A stretch of DNA of 64,000 bases, from contig NMRA01000259.1 in NCBI GenBank assembly GCA_002633005.1, positions 151,723 to 215,722 on the forward strand, in the 5' to 3' direction. Positions 38,548 through 52,891 of the stretch are shown here, piece by piece; within the stretch, counting starts at the first letter, position 1; every line of letters begins with the position of its first letter. Source of the DNA: Phoronis australis. Lineage: Eukaryota > Animalia > Phoronida. A model generated the notes under the pieces. It searched no databases. It worked only from the letters and a program-made list of their open reading frames with translations, and was not told where the DNA came from. A program made the position numbers and the translations under genes.

Positions 38548-41249
38548 AAGAAAATATACGCATTGCCTTATGAAATTCCAAAGAATCCCAACATTAGATG
38601 GTTCCAATTTAGAATATTACACAGGGTTATTGCGACAAATACTCTTTAGTCAAAATTCAAGTTCGGGGTTCTAATTTGTGTTCGTTTTGTAATAAAGCTC
38701 CAGAGACGCCGCCACACCTTTTTGGAATGTCGCCCCGTACAACATTTTTGGAAGAAATTCAGAAAACAACTTCAAAAGGTTTCCTGTCAGCTTGCTAACT
38801 GTTTCTCTTACAAACGTATTATTCTTGGACTGTGGACGCATGATTTTCTATTTAACATTTTGCTATTACTAGCCAAACAGTACATTTACAAGGAAAGATG
38901 TCACAAAAATTTACCTAATATTCACAAGTTTGTTACATATACTCATGAATACTATAATGCTGAAAATTAATTGAATATTTGTGTGACATCTTCTCTGGGA
39001 GACTTTTATTGGTAACACTTACTCCACCATGTAGCAGTTGTTTACTTTATACGAAGTACGACAATGGTCTCTCCAGAGGTGCGCATGCGTAAATGAATGG
39101 ATGTACTTGCTTGCTTTTTTATACTTATTCATCATCGATAATAAATAGGTGAAAAAATACATTCGCAAAAGTTGTTAATCCCCGACGGTGTCTGCTGCTT
39201 TAATTTTATTACCGAAGACGTTTCATAACATTTTCGCTTGATTCTCAAGAAGAGAGGAGATTTTGGCGCTTAGATAGTGTCGTTTTGTCAAAAAGAAATA
39301 AATTAAGATTGATGGGTGTTGTTTTTATTACGGAGCAGTTGGAAGAAAGGAATGCTCATATGTTTCGCCTCACAGTGTACACACCACTGGACTTGCCGAG
39401 CTACTTTCACTCTGTAGACAACTGTAAGAACAAACTTAAAACCTGTGAGTCATCTCACCTATGGACCAATACGCTTGACTACAGAAACCTTATTCTGTCT
39501 CATATTTTTGGCCACTGAAAAGAATGCCAGATTAAAAAAGAGTCTCCGAACTCGCAAAGTTGACACTTTTCAACATAAAGTCACTACTTCCTGCCAAAGC
39601 TCGACACGAGCCAATACTGGATTCTAAAAGTACACTCACGCGTGCTCCATTAATGCTATAATGCAATCAGATTTTTTCAATGACTTTCTGGATTGTTTGA
39701 CGGCAACCTGAAATCCTAGCAGATCTCTCAGTCTGTTGCTCTTACATCGTCCGTTTGCAAACTCAGTGACTCGTACATGGGGGTGCAGCACTATGTTAAA
39801 TAGGTAACCACAATGTCTTCCCAAACTGTTCTGCAGTCGCATCCTGGGTTGCGTTCCGTAGACACTAGAAACTCGCAAAAACTCAAGTTATCCCGAGATA
39901 TCGTCAGCAATGTCACAAAGCAGAGAGATGGCCATAAATCGTGACTTTGAAGTTGGGGGATCGATGGAAACGATTCTCTTGGTCGTGCCTCTAAATTCCA
40001 CCAGATACGACCCTTAAACCCCAGTCCCATCCCAACAATCACCAAACCAGTGTTGAAAAGCAACTTAGAAATTGATGCCTAGGGAGTACACGGGAGACCA
40101 TTTTTCTACTATAATGACATATTTGCCTGAATTTTGCGAATCCAAAAGTTGTGGTGGTAAAACTCAAGAGAAACAAAATGTAGTATGGTGCTAGCGAATA
40201 CAGAAAGAGTCAGGTGGTGAACGAAGACAGATATGCGGAAATATCTGTTACCAGTACACACAACTCACTTCTTGCCACGCTATTTTACAAAATTATCCGG
40301 CTTTGCCAAAAAGTTAATATCGTGATTTGAGAAACGATGTCAACTTGAAGTGAATCAATGAGATTCAGTAATTTTCAGCACACCTACTGACCCAGATTTT
40401 ACTTGGATGAGCCATTTTGGAAACAGAGACAGTCGTTTGCCTAACATGTTAATTGACATTCCACGACAGCATCAAACAGTCGACTCTGGGGACACCGACT
40501 CAGATCTTGAAAAAATATGTGTGCACATACATCCTTGTGGGCTATGTTCAAAATGTTTTTATTAGAAATTTCTGGATCATCATTTTTAAGTTGGAGTATC
40601 ATGAATATTTTGGCCCAAAAAGGCTCATTTTTCGTTCAAAAGAGTCCAGTTAATGAAGTTGTCTTAAAAAAGCTTAAAAGAACGGGAAAGAAAATTCTTG
40701 ATAATGTTTGTGTAGACATTAAACCTCTCTATCAGGAGACAGACTTTGAATTTTCACTGGAGTGCCAAAATTCAGTAAATTTTGCCAGTTTTGTATATTT
40801 GATTTTTAGCCATTTTTGAGGTTCTCTGGGGGCCAGTTTGCGGGGTGCTGGTGAATTACAATGATATTTTTTATCAGTTTGCTGTCTGACTAAGAAGATA
40901 AAAAATATAAAATAGGGTTTTTTTGTTTTCAACCAAAAGCCGATAGAAAAGACTTACAGTGTCTGATTAAGGGCAGTATACAGCTGTATCTCATAAACCT
41001 CATAAAGGGCTTCATTAATTTTTGCAAATATGTTTCTGTGGTGATTAAATCAGTTGACATTAATTTTTAGATACTTTGGCTACTGCTGGCCCCCTGGTGG
41101 CAGTGTTTATAACTAGATTTCTTTGCTGAAATTTCATGAAATTTGGCTAAAACGTTTCCATCGAGGAAACGATGGCACATGCATGTTTGAGAACGACGTT
41201 TCGATAGTAATCTAAAGTTCTGTTACAATATATTGTTATGTGTCTGCTA

Positions 41250-41295
41250 CTGTACCTGAAGATGACTTTTGATTAATATCGAAACGTCGTTTACA
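41250..41295 (+). ncRNA. Minimal hammerhead-ribozyme-like motif (Penelope type), probably decayed
   Basis: CTGAAGA-tgacttttgattaatatc-GAAAC-GTC: canonical CUGAnGA and GAAAC core with a palindromic acgt helix III; helix II is weak. Confidence 0.45.
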
Positions 41296-44200
41296 CGCTG
41301 CACTCTAGCCTCGTTTTTGTCTCCACTTCTTACTTTTGATTTGGCCAAAAACTGATATTAATCACATGCACGTTTTCGAATGAGTCTAACCTGTGCTGCC
41401 ACACCAGTGCTCTTTGGAATCCGTTCATATATCTAACCTCTGCCTCCCCCCCCCCCCCGTCAGCTGTTAACTGCAGATGCTGTGCCCTGGTAACGTCCAC
41501 TGTATTACCTAATATTCATTACATAAAATATATAAAGTCACTTTAATCTGAATTTTGTCATTTTTACATGATGCTGATCGTTTAACCGATTCCACCCAAA
41601 ATCTGATTTTGTCACTTGTCACATTTACAATAAATAACATCTCTTCAAAATAAGTATTGTTATCTGGCTACTACTGTATCTGCGGAAGAATTAATTTTAG
41701 TTTGAGTATTAAAATACGCGAACTAAAATGTTTCTAGCAGCTTTTTGCCACAATAAGTAACTTTGAATACACTTTGGAAAATTTCAACAATATCGGCAGA
41801 ACCAAGCTCACGTTAAGTATGAAAGCAGACATGCACAATTGTTACCATGGGGACTGAGTACCATAAAAGCGTTTCCTCCTTAAACTAGAATTTGACGATT
41901 ATGATAATAAAAACATGAAGCTATGAGGCATAAGGATTCGAGTAAGCTTCACACTTTATTATACAACAGTAACCCATTTCCGTAAATCAGTAAGATTTTT
42001 CACATTTTGTTGCATTGGTATATCTTGAAGTAGAAAGTAACTAGTTACAAAACAGGAATCAAAAGCACAATTCATGCATAAAATTTAGAAAAACATTCTG
42101 AGCCTCTAATAACGCAATGGGCTACGTGTTAACATAAAAACAGTCAGTTTTCTAGCTATGTTGATTTCTTAAATTAGAAATTCACTTAGTTGACTATCCT
42201 ATTTTCGCTGCTTACTTTCCGATTTTAAAAAGATTGCTTGCTATTTTGTATGTTTTTTCTAAGTAAGTTTTCGGCGCCTAATCCCTTCTTGACTCGCTAA
42301 GTATCTTAAGAGCAGTATGATGCGGAGAAAAATGTACATGTATAGCGAGTCTACTGCACCACTCTCTGTTTTACGTTTTGCGTCAGTGCCGCGGATTTAC
42401 GTCTAACATACACCAGTGCAGTACATGTGTACGCTAAGAATGCAGAACTGCAGCAGGTATACCCAGCGGCATGAACCTGGTACTTATTAGGAGAGACAGC
42501 CTTCGTTGCTATGTAAGATGACGTCATATTACGTAAGTCAATGAAAATTTGGAATCGACTAATCCATGTGAGGAAGCAGTCCAACAGTGAAACGGAATGA
42601 GAGAAAAAGTAAGGAGAAACGAAAGTTCATCTTCGTCACAGCAGTTCGCTATAATTATTAATTGAGCTTTAGGCCGATTTAGAGTCATTATATTTCGAAT
42701 ACCAGCCACGCGTGATAAAACGCAGTGTCATGCAATTACATGTATGTAGCAACCAGGGACTGTTTTGTAATCGGATAACGGTTGTCAAAGCTTTTGGCTA
42801 GGTTGCTGTGCGCCCTTGAGCGCAGGCGTGACAAACATCAACTCTGTATCAGCTTCGTCAAAGGTTTCGTAGCCGGTGTTTCTTCATTCATATTATACAC
42901 GATGCAAAAATGTCACATTTCACCTACAGTTACAAGTGCAAATTTAAGGTCAAAACTTGTTTCGTTGTGATTTATGCACCCGTTAACATGCATGCTCGCG
43001 CGGTGTTCAATCCTTGTTCACTGATGACGCAAGTGTTACTATGCGTACCAATGGGTGATCAATAATAAAGCGACCTTTAAAATAGCATTTGTCGACCATT
43101 CATGCATGTTATTGTGAAGCAGGTCAGCGTATTTCCGAAATCTCTGTGGAGGTTTGATTCTTTTTGCTCGTCATCAAAAGTGGGGTTAGGAATACACTCT
43201 CCACACGTCACTTGTATTAGGTATATGTATTTGGTCACATGTTAGGTATTGGATGAAAAACCGAGTTAAGGCTTTCGGTAGTAAACGGCTTAACCACAGA
43301 ACATAATCTACAGTACTCTGCCCCCTGAGAACATTTTTCGTGATTTTCAACGTTTTAACTTATTTGCTAATGATCTGGTCGAAATTACATCGAAGCACAG
43401 GCATCGAGATTATAGAAACCTCGTTCATCGTTGACTTTACCGTAATCATTTGAATAGTTTGATTTTTTATCCACAGATATGGTGAACTATCAGTTTAAAT
43501 CTAAAATCTAGAATAGGTTAATTAAGTTCATTTTCATCGTTTCCTTTTCACATTTCACCATGCAGCGGGAAACTGGGGAAACGTAAACAGATATTCACGA
43601 ACTTTACATTGTATCGCATTGAGAATACGTATAGTTCTGCCTCCACACCTAGTGACGTAATAGCAGCAGTTACGCTTCACAATTCAACGATTCACAGGCA
43701 CAATCCAAGACTGGCTGGACGTTTTGGTTGTGGCAGTGTCATAACATAAAAGATTTAACATTGAGGTTGGCATCTATCATGTCAACTCTTTGATTGTTGC
43801 TATGTTACTGTGGTTGGTAACCGTCACACAGTGCAGCCGTACTCTTTGTAATTTATGTCACGCCTCGAGAGGCACAGTCAGGTCAGTCACCACTGGTATG
43901 CATGACGATTTTGCATTACGCAAATGTACAGCTTGAAAATGTATTTCGCCTTGATTAGCTGGCTAAAAAAAAACAATTAGGGCTTTTATTCTCGTAAAAT
44001 GGATCATATGTTCTTAAGCCTGATATAATTATAATTTAGTTACTATCTCAAGTCACGGGCAATGCGTAGGCTACTACTTTGTGTCATTTTCGTATTCGTA
44101 ATTTCGGGTTAGATAACCCCAATAACTTACAATGAAATGTTTTCTTGAATCGCTGATGTTTTCCATTTGATGGTAACGAAAATAGAATCCTATCACAGCA

Positions 44201-46074
44201 AGTAAATATTTTGGGACCGATTTTTTTAGTGTAAAAGGCCTAATTCGATTTTTGAAATTCAGTCAGCAAACGGGCCAAAAATACAGCTTTAAAAATTGGT
44301 TGCTTTGTTTGTTACTCTCAGTACCCGGGGGCGAAAATTTTTATCTCCGAAAAACGGGTAAGCTTAACAGGTTCAACTTATGCTATAGCGCAGGCGATCA
44401 TAGGAACGTTTTCTGTCAAGTGCTACCACCGGCTAAGCCTGTGTTATCAACAGGCCCTCGGGCATCACACTCAACTATTCACGGTAAACTTACAAAGCTG
44501 GTAATAAAAGTAGCATTGGAGTGTAGGTTTTTTCAAATGTAGAGACAGAAACCACAACAGAAACAAAAATTATCAATAGGCCTACCTGATGATGAGATCC
44601 CTCGTTTCACGTCTTCCACTGTCTGTCTCGTAAACGGCGTTAGTGTGTACATGGTTACTAATGGTAACCCGTGTGTATTAGAACTCGGCATTGAAAACAT
44701 CCGCACGCTATTCGCTGAGCTTGAAATCTCACACATGCAGCCCGTCTATAGAAACATACACGGGGGTTACAGATAAAAAAGCTCGCCAAGCAGTTTGGCC
44801 CAAACATAATTATTGTGATAGACATCCCTGGCATTGCACGGATGTTTGGTGATGATGCCTCTCACGATTATGACGCGCTTTGGACCCGCAGTGTAACTGG
44901 GACCCCTTCGGAAAATAACAAGTTTTCGGGAACTTTTCAGTATCGAAAGTCGCGGATCAAATTGGCAATATCGCACGCACATACCGTGCTGTAACCATCC
45001 TATTTAAACGATGAGGGTCGATTTGGAGAAATCTTTTGAATATCACGTGGTCAGCTCAGTGGACCGCTTCTATCCACATTCGATTTCACAATAGAGGTCC
45101 TAGTCATCAACAGAGTATATAGATTGCGTGACTCTACTCACCAGGTCACACAATGAGGGTAGTTACTGTTTCTATAAAATCTCAATGGAGGAATAAAAAT
45201 TGGACTGTGTGGCCGGGTTTTTATTGAATTTTCTAAATTGGTCACTTTGTCCATTCATTGGAAAGTAGTTTCCACCAAGGCGTAATCTGATTATCTGCAT
45301 CACTAACTCACAATAGAAGCTGCACCTGAAAGAATGTGGATGACACAGGTCCTGGTCTAGCTGGAAACTCGAACAGCGAGTTCCATTTCACTGAACAAGT
45401 TCCAAGCTCAATAAGAACATTCCGTGAAACTATAGAAACGTAAGGTGTAGCAATTAACACAGTCTCTCGTGGTCCGAGGCACAATATTGAACACCTTCAG
45501 TTACATGTGCGCAGATACGATGTAGATCACAGATGCACGTCAAAATCCACGTTTATTGTTCGACAAACAGCGACGAGATGGTGCTGCAATTACGAGGCCC
45601 TCAAAATAATATCGGCACATTATTTACGAGTAAAAAACAACATACCTATTCAGCAGCACTGCTACTGTCGATGGGTTAAAATTGTAATCCACATACAACA
45701 GTATGACCTTCATAACATCACTCATTCTCAACAAGAACAACCAGTTTGTGGATCGGACGTTCTAATGTATTCACGTTCCCTAGACGCTTTCCTTTACCGT
45801 CCAATAAACTGCGAAGTTTAGCCCTACATTTCGGACACTACTAGCCTGTTGAGGTATAACTTTTAAATCCGATAAAAAGGTTATAACTCTCTTTGTGAAC
45901 ACTTGGGAACCTGTTTTAGAGCTGTAATTGTAAGCGCAGCTGTAAGCCTTTGCGAGGGTGGTTTAACGAGAGATTATAACCGTGTGAACGGCGGCAACTG
46001 CAAAGGTTATATTTCAGTAGGTGGCGCTGCTGTCAAATCTCGTTGGAAGCAACTAATGGAGCACCGAGGGAAAC

Positions 46075-46235
46075 TGGCGTGCGTTCAGTAACGCTAGGAC
46101 CTACGCTAGGACCTAGCTAAAATTTAGCCAAAGTCACGTGTTCTCATTTAAAAGTCACGGCAACATATCACGTAATCTCGCGAAGTCTTGCTTTTTAGCG
46201 AGGTCCTACATGTAGCTTTACTGAACGGGAGACTG
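46075..46235. mobile_element. Short TIR element (Harbinger-like MITE)
   Basis: cgttcagtaacgcta...ggacct.gctaaaa versus ttttagcgaggtcc...tagctttactgaacg. Confidence 0.5.
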
Positions 46236-47878
46236 GAATGAATCGGAAAGCGATAGCACTGACGACTAGCGACTAGAACTACGAACTACGGTTACAACAG
46301 TTCTAACTGTCGGTATGAACTGGAACGATTGCATAACAGTTACAACTACAGAAAGCCTAGTTGGCGAACACAGCTTAATTACCTTTGCCGAAGGCTTAAC
46401 CAGAAATTCTGGAAGTGTATATTAGTCTTGCAGAATCCCGAAATCGCCAATATGAACATTCCGCGAAATTTTTGTTCGAATCAGCCGGGTAACGAGACGA
46501 CATGTATTTGAAAAGAACAACATAGGGTTTATGAGTTTTCTTTCTTTCTTTGATTGGGCAGCAACTGAACCAATCCACACTAAGCAAACGGAGGCCTGTG
46601 TTACACGAGGCTCCGGCAAATCGGACATCATGTCCGAGTTCTTTTGTTTTACCACGTATTCTCTTCCAAGTTACACAATTGTGAAAGCACCCAGAAACAA
46701 ATGAACGACAACCAAGAATATAGCATTCTTTTGATCGGATTCAGCTTATTCCTTAACCCTGATGGTGCTTGCGGTAAAGAATTAACCTCAGTAAACCTAA
46801 TTCATCACCAACCCGTGGCAGAGTATTTTCATACAAAAGAAGGTTCAGTGTATTCAACGAACTAGATTTTTACACAGGTTTGGCGCTTTGGGCGAAATAA
46901 TTTCAATGTGTCGCCAACAATTGTTTCTCTTTGAATACTCTTGTTTTTCCCACCCAGCGAAATGGAAATCATTAACAATAGGGGTCGCGGCATGCACTGG
47001 CTTGTTTTTCGTCTCGGCAAGAAGTGCCTGCGTTCATTTCAGTCAACTCACTACGACTGCCACTTAATGACTCGCAATTCTCAGTTGTATTTCCTCGTTC
47101 AGGTTTGGTCGTTGAAGGTTTCAAGTTGTCCATCATCGCTGTTATCGCTGACGTTGTGCAGTTAATTTTATTTGAATGGTTCTAAAACGTCAAAATGGCG
47201 CCTTACTAAACTCGACAGTGGAATTGTGATTAAAGTGTATGTCAAGAGTGTATTCTTGCGACGAGGCCTGTGTTCACGGTTGGAAGTCTGTGATCACTCA
47301 CTGTGTCGATTTACGTACCTTATTATCGGACGGACCCTAAATATCGTACATTACATAAAATCTTACTTGAAGCATAATCTGAGAAATTAATGACACCAAT
47401 TTTTGTTCCGCTGTATTGCATTCAATGTCCGGTACTGTCGGCGTTTTTTTATAACCTTGTCGGGTTTTGATTTCACCAAGAGAGGGTGCAATTTAGACCT
47501 CTAAGTCGGCCTCGATGAACTGTCAATGTCACTCACTGACATCTTAATACTATACTACTGTGATGCCTATGATGTCACTGTTTCATTCTTTCACTTGTTT
47601 TTAAACTCAAGTCAAACCCCGGCTGCAATGAGGTTTGCTTTAGTCGTCTGCAGTGATTCATCGAAAGAACTTCGTGCTGCCATCAGACGACACTTTATGG
47701 CTAATGGAGTTGCGAACGGAGCTGTGTTCTAGCAGCAAATATATCAAAACACTCGAGCTGCAACTTGGCGACAAGGTGCCCGCCGCCGCTACTTAGTCAG
47801 TTTTCCGCGGTGTAGCGTATGCGGAAACATGATGACCGATATTTAGGTTCTCCGAAGGTTTGCTATTGTGTTTTTTAA

Positions 47879-47974
47879 NNNNNNNNNNNNNNNNNNNNNN
47901 NNNNNNNNNNNNNNNNNNNNNNNNNNNNNNNNNNNNNNNNNNNNNNNNNNNNNNNNNNNNNNNNNNNNNNNNNN
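47879..47974. other. Assembly gap
   Basis: Run of N. Confidence 1.
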
Positions 47975-48747
47975 TATGTATAATTATACACAAAACGTAG
48001 CGAGAGTGGCGTTGATGAAGTAAGTGTCCCACGAGACATTATCACCGCGTATCGATCGAGACTGAAGGTCGAGGTCGAAACGCGGAATAATGTCTCGTGC
48101 CCGGATATTACTTCATCTACGCCAATCGAGGTACGTTTTGTATTTATCCCATACGCATCAAATTACTAAGTTTCTTTCATTTTTCGCCATATTTTTCAAA
48201 TACTTCTCTTAGACTGTTCACGTGGCGGATCACGTACTAGCGCGTTAGGTTGCAAGTTTTCTCTAGAAAAAGAAACAGTTTTAAATGTAACGATTTATTT
48301 CTTGAAAAGAGATAACAAAGATGAAAGCAACGGTAAATGTGCATTGAACTTGTAATATCTTCTGAAAATAGCTGAGTAACAACAATATTTCATATTGCAG
48401 TTACCGAGGAATCGGCGCCTGATCGACTTGCAGACGACATGCGGTAATATTAGCAATTGAAGACTGAGACAGAACTGTCAAATACCCGGTAATTAACAAT
48501 CCTGTTCTGGATGTTAAGACTGAGACCTGATTGCATGTTAAGTGTTACTCACACTGCTGCAATTGCATTACATTAAACTACTTTACGAAAGTTTGATGCT
48601 CGAACCAGCTATCGATGTCCAGTTACATTGACCTACATTTTCAGTTGAACTTTTGCATGTCAGAGGTCACTGTTAAAGTAATGCGGGAAGGAAAACATTA
48701 TTACACGGCCGTATTTCCCTCGACTGATTCAACGAGTATGGGATAAA
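47975..48747. mobile_element. Non-autonomous Crypton-like element with a long internal hairpin
   Basis: ~70-bp imperfect inverted arms (47987-48143) around a gactgaaggtcgagg loop; tttatcccatac (48143) is inverted at gtatgggataaa (48736). The left end abuts a gap and the Crypton label is by resemblance only. Confidence 0.5.
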
Positions 48748-51700
48748 GCATCAGAACTATTCCGTAAAGGTAATTAAGTGTTTATTTCAATAAAGGAGGT
48801 ACAACAATCCGTAATATTTTCAATTAAATATAATGCAAAATGTGCCAAAACGTCCGATAATCAGATCGTTTGACTATAACCCAACAAGCGGTTGACTACA
48901 GCACCTCTAGGAGAGCTCGTGCCACGGTGTTGAGCTGACAAAATAATTCAGAATTTTTTTTCAAAACGCTGGAAGTACTGAAAGGCAAATAAACTTGCGC
49001 CTTCTGTCAACTTGGTATGTAGGGGCACTTTGACTCCCGAATACTGTGTTTACCGACATTGATTGTAACTGAGAGTATTTCATTATAGTCCTATTTTCTT
49101 CAACGGCGAATCTAGACAATAATTGTCATGTGTTTTTCAATTATAGTTCTATGAAAAGCATTCTGAATTGCATGAATGGGAAAACGTTTGCGCACCTTTC
49201 AATCACACCATCTCTCTTATCGTTCCGGTATACGCCATTGCTTATATAAACAGGTCGAGAGTTGCTCTTGTTTGTACATGACTCTATTAACTTATAAAAC
49301 GATAAAAGATAACATTGTACATTCAGTGAATAACAGTGAATACAAAAAATCACCATCGGTTTTTCTACCCATCAATCTTACCGGCGTCAAAGAAAAACAT
49401 TTCAAAACCTGTTGAAGCAAAATACTAAATATTATGAGAATGATCCAAAACAATGCAGTTTTGATATTCAATTAGTCACTCCAGGATATACTTATTAAAA
49501 ACTGACCCCATAAAAACGCTAAACAATAAGAGCAAACCCTGGTTTAGCAACACGCTCAAGTCAGCCACAGAAATATAACCAGTGACCACCGTCTCTCGCT
49601 GGCAGTAGAGACAGTGGTTTATCAGAAACAGATTATACAACCACTTGCTTTCGTACATCTTGGCAGAAAATCTAATTAAGATGTCGAAGCAAGGTTATGT
49701 AAACAATGTTTCTGAAAACTCAGGAGGAATATTGAAATTTATGACTAAAATTCGGGGACACACAAAGCAGTCATTATACTCTACCATCCACACAGAGGAC
49801 GCTGACACTCGAAGATCTTCCAAGTTTGAGAAAAGTAACTTATTTCTCCAGTCAAAAAGTCACATTGCACCAACTACAGCTCTCCTGATTTCCCGAGTAT
49901 AACATTTGAACACTTCTTAGACATAGAAAGCCAATTGTTTGAGGTCAGAAAACTGGCCACTAGTAGAAAACATGAAACGACGGAACCGATATAATAATTA
50001 CAAAATGATCAAAATAATTGCAAATGAACTCACAATCCCTCTGAAAACACATACAACAAAATATATTTACTATCATGAGAATGTTCTATGTATTGGAAAC
50101 TTGGAGTAATGACACCTGGGAACATGAAGGACTCAGAAACTGACCTTTGCCAATTGGTACATAGATATCAAAGTAGTCGTTAATGCGCAAAAATCACTTC
50201 TCGTAACCGAGATGTTGAACGTATAAAGATTGGTCTATACCAATGTTAAATAACTTCTCATATCAATAAAGTTCATGAAAGGAATAATTGCTTAGTGCAA
50301 GATCCAGATATTACCACAATTTCCAAACACAAAGGCTCAGTATTACGGACTTTGTACGTGTGCGTATTATTCACGTCGTTCATAAGCATTCTTGTCCTGC
50401 TCTTTTATCAAATTATTACAGATAAAAATAATTTTTTGTTTCATTTAAAAGGACTACGAACACATTTTCCGCTATAAAATTAGTCTGTCTCAACGTGTTC
50501 CTTCCTAAGAATCATCATTGTTTTGTTTACAACAAAGGTCAAATATCACATTTTCCATATAAGGGAAATGTGCTACGTTTTTGTCTTGCCCAATGAGATA
50601 AATTAATCTCGTTGGTCTTGCCATATCAGACGTGATTTGCCTTATGGAACAAAAATTGACGAAGTGGCGAGCAGTTGACAGGTCGTTTTTTTGAAAATTG
50701 AAACTAAATATGCTTAACATCAAAATATCTGGTGAACAGTGTGACCTCTGTTTCAGTGGCAGAGAATCACTTTTAATAATGCAAGTCAGTCTGTTTCTCA
50801 CATTCTATTCCATGTTAAGCGTACTATCTTAATAGTGGAGACAGCGGCTTTGATTTCAGCGATTGAAGGCGAAGATTGGCGTTTTGTTACAAAACCACAA
50901 GCACAACGGATTTTGCTGTAATTCTGGTAAAAGCAAATAAATTCAAGAACTTTATTCCATTCCAAAATAGTTCCTAAATTGCGTTTTTCGTACACAAAAA
51001 CGATGCTGTCCCTTAAGACTAGATTGATAGCGTCAAGTGTCTCCCCGTATTTCTCCGGATTTGACAGTTAATCTTTTAGGCACCCTGAAGGTAATACGCA
51101 TATTGTGTTCACGTCTAAAAGCTAGGATTTGGAATAATGTTAGATCCTGGCTGAAAGTGACCCTTCCTTGCGTAATGTTGTTGAGTACTCAAGTTTAAGA
51201 TGGTTGCTTACCCTGGGTTTGTCCCCCAAATAGCAGAGTAATTACGCCTATGGCGGGGGTGTGAAATGGCGACGATCAAAGGGGGCTCGCGGAAGTGCTG
51301 GCGATAGAGTGCAATATGAAACGTGGAACTACGTGAATCAAAATTATAGTGAAGTCAAATTAGTCTGGGTCCCCTCACCTAATGTTTTACCTTCCTGCGA
51401 GTATGCTAAAGAATAAGGACCGTTGCGGTACGCGCACCAATATAGGTGCGCTGACTTTATTTATGCACGCGAACTGAATTATTTCCCATAAACGAGTATC
51501 GAAACATAACGGAGAGAGCTTTTATGATTCGCACATGCATTCAGGTTGTCTGAGAGAGCCTATGGTGATTCGTGCATACATTCAAGTTGTAATTATCATC
51601 TCTAAGACAAGCGCCACATGTTATTGATTCGTGTTACCTTTTCGAGAACAAGACAATGCGGAACAAGTAACAATGCCCAAGTCGATACATGATTACAACT

Positions 51701-52891
51701 CCATTTTATTAGACAAAGTATAGATATGCATTAGTACATAGCAACCAGTACAAGGAGACATTAGTACAAAACAAACTATTTCGTAATCTATGTATAAAGT
51801 ATTGAACAAACCATTTACAAAAAAGAAATCAATTTTAAATAGCTATCCTAATTAAAGGTGAGATAATAAGAATTATTCAGCTAAAAGAAACTAATCACAC
51901 TGCAGACGTCGGATCGTATTTCATGTTAAGTACATTGTAGGCTGTAGGAAATATGTATTGTATTGTCATTGTCATTGAAGTAGCATGCGCTTTCCGCACT
52001 ACTATATACGCGTTTCGCACGTGCTTCTAAAAATGGCGCAATCACTCTGGAAAGTTCCTTAAGCTTGAACAAAATATGTCTTTTTGATGAAAACATTTAG
52101 TCATGTCGGCAATAGCTTTGGCAGAGATAACGAAAGTAGAAACGACTTAAATTGAATAAATTAATATAATGAGTATGTACTTAGTACATATAATTTTCAC
52201 AATGCATAAATTCAGTGCCGATTATCGGCTATTTAAAGCGAGGTTTAGCATCAAAATGGCCAACTAGTAGATATTTAACAAACGACGCATTTTCCACTGC
52301 CAGCAGTGGTCGGTAGTCAGGGGATAAGCCCCAGGGCGCGCTCACTATCTGAACGCAAGCCACATTCGAGAATTTTGGCAAGATTTTTTCATTGGTTTCG
52401 CTACCAAACTAGCGACATTACTTACAGACGCAGTGACACGTGATTGGGTGGCTAAGGCAGAATATGTTGAATTATGGGATAAAGTCATATGTTTACACCC
52501 ATAGTACTCATTATTTTTAAGTATAAGCCGAGATTTCACAATGGAGTTGTTGAGCAAACTTGTGATTTCTTCAGACGAAGTCACTGCTGCAAGCAATCAT
52601 GGTACGTGAAACATACACTCGCACGCTGGACAACCATGACGTATTTCTTGGCAAGACCAAAATCAGGTTTAAAAATCCTTTTGCACTAAATTTCCAAACA
52701 GAAACAAGAGAACGTGTAAGCGACTAAATAACTCCTGGTGTAAATGCATTACCAAAATCCTGCTCCGAAATGTTTCCATTTATAAAGTTATCGGCTCTTG
52801 CACATCACACGCACATGATTGTTCTTCGTGTTCCCTCTTGTTTCATCCGCCCTCTACAGTTTCGACTGTAAAACTTGCTTTCAGGGTGTTG

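Larger units (their letters stand above)
35640..38970 (+). mobile_element. Decayed, 5'-truncated L1/Tx1-type LINE (RT plus C-terminal zinc-binding region), interrupted by two DNA elements
   Basis: RT motifs RGCRQGDP, ISQYADD and KTKAIWFGS (35638-36174); frameshifted continuation; after the insertion, RWFQFRILHRVIATN and CSFC..E...HLF.EC at 38597-38730. Confidence 0.85.

Noticed and set aside
44584-44612. ctgatgatgagatccctcg hammerhead-like start
   Set aside because: The GAAA core is missing after the stem.
39000-52800. Many 60-100 aa ORFs between the CD225 genes
   Set aside because: No recognisable motifs or consistent splice and phase pattern; expected by chance in repeat-derived intergenic DNA.
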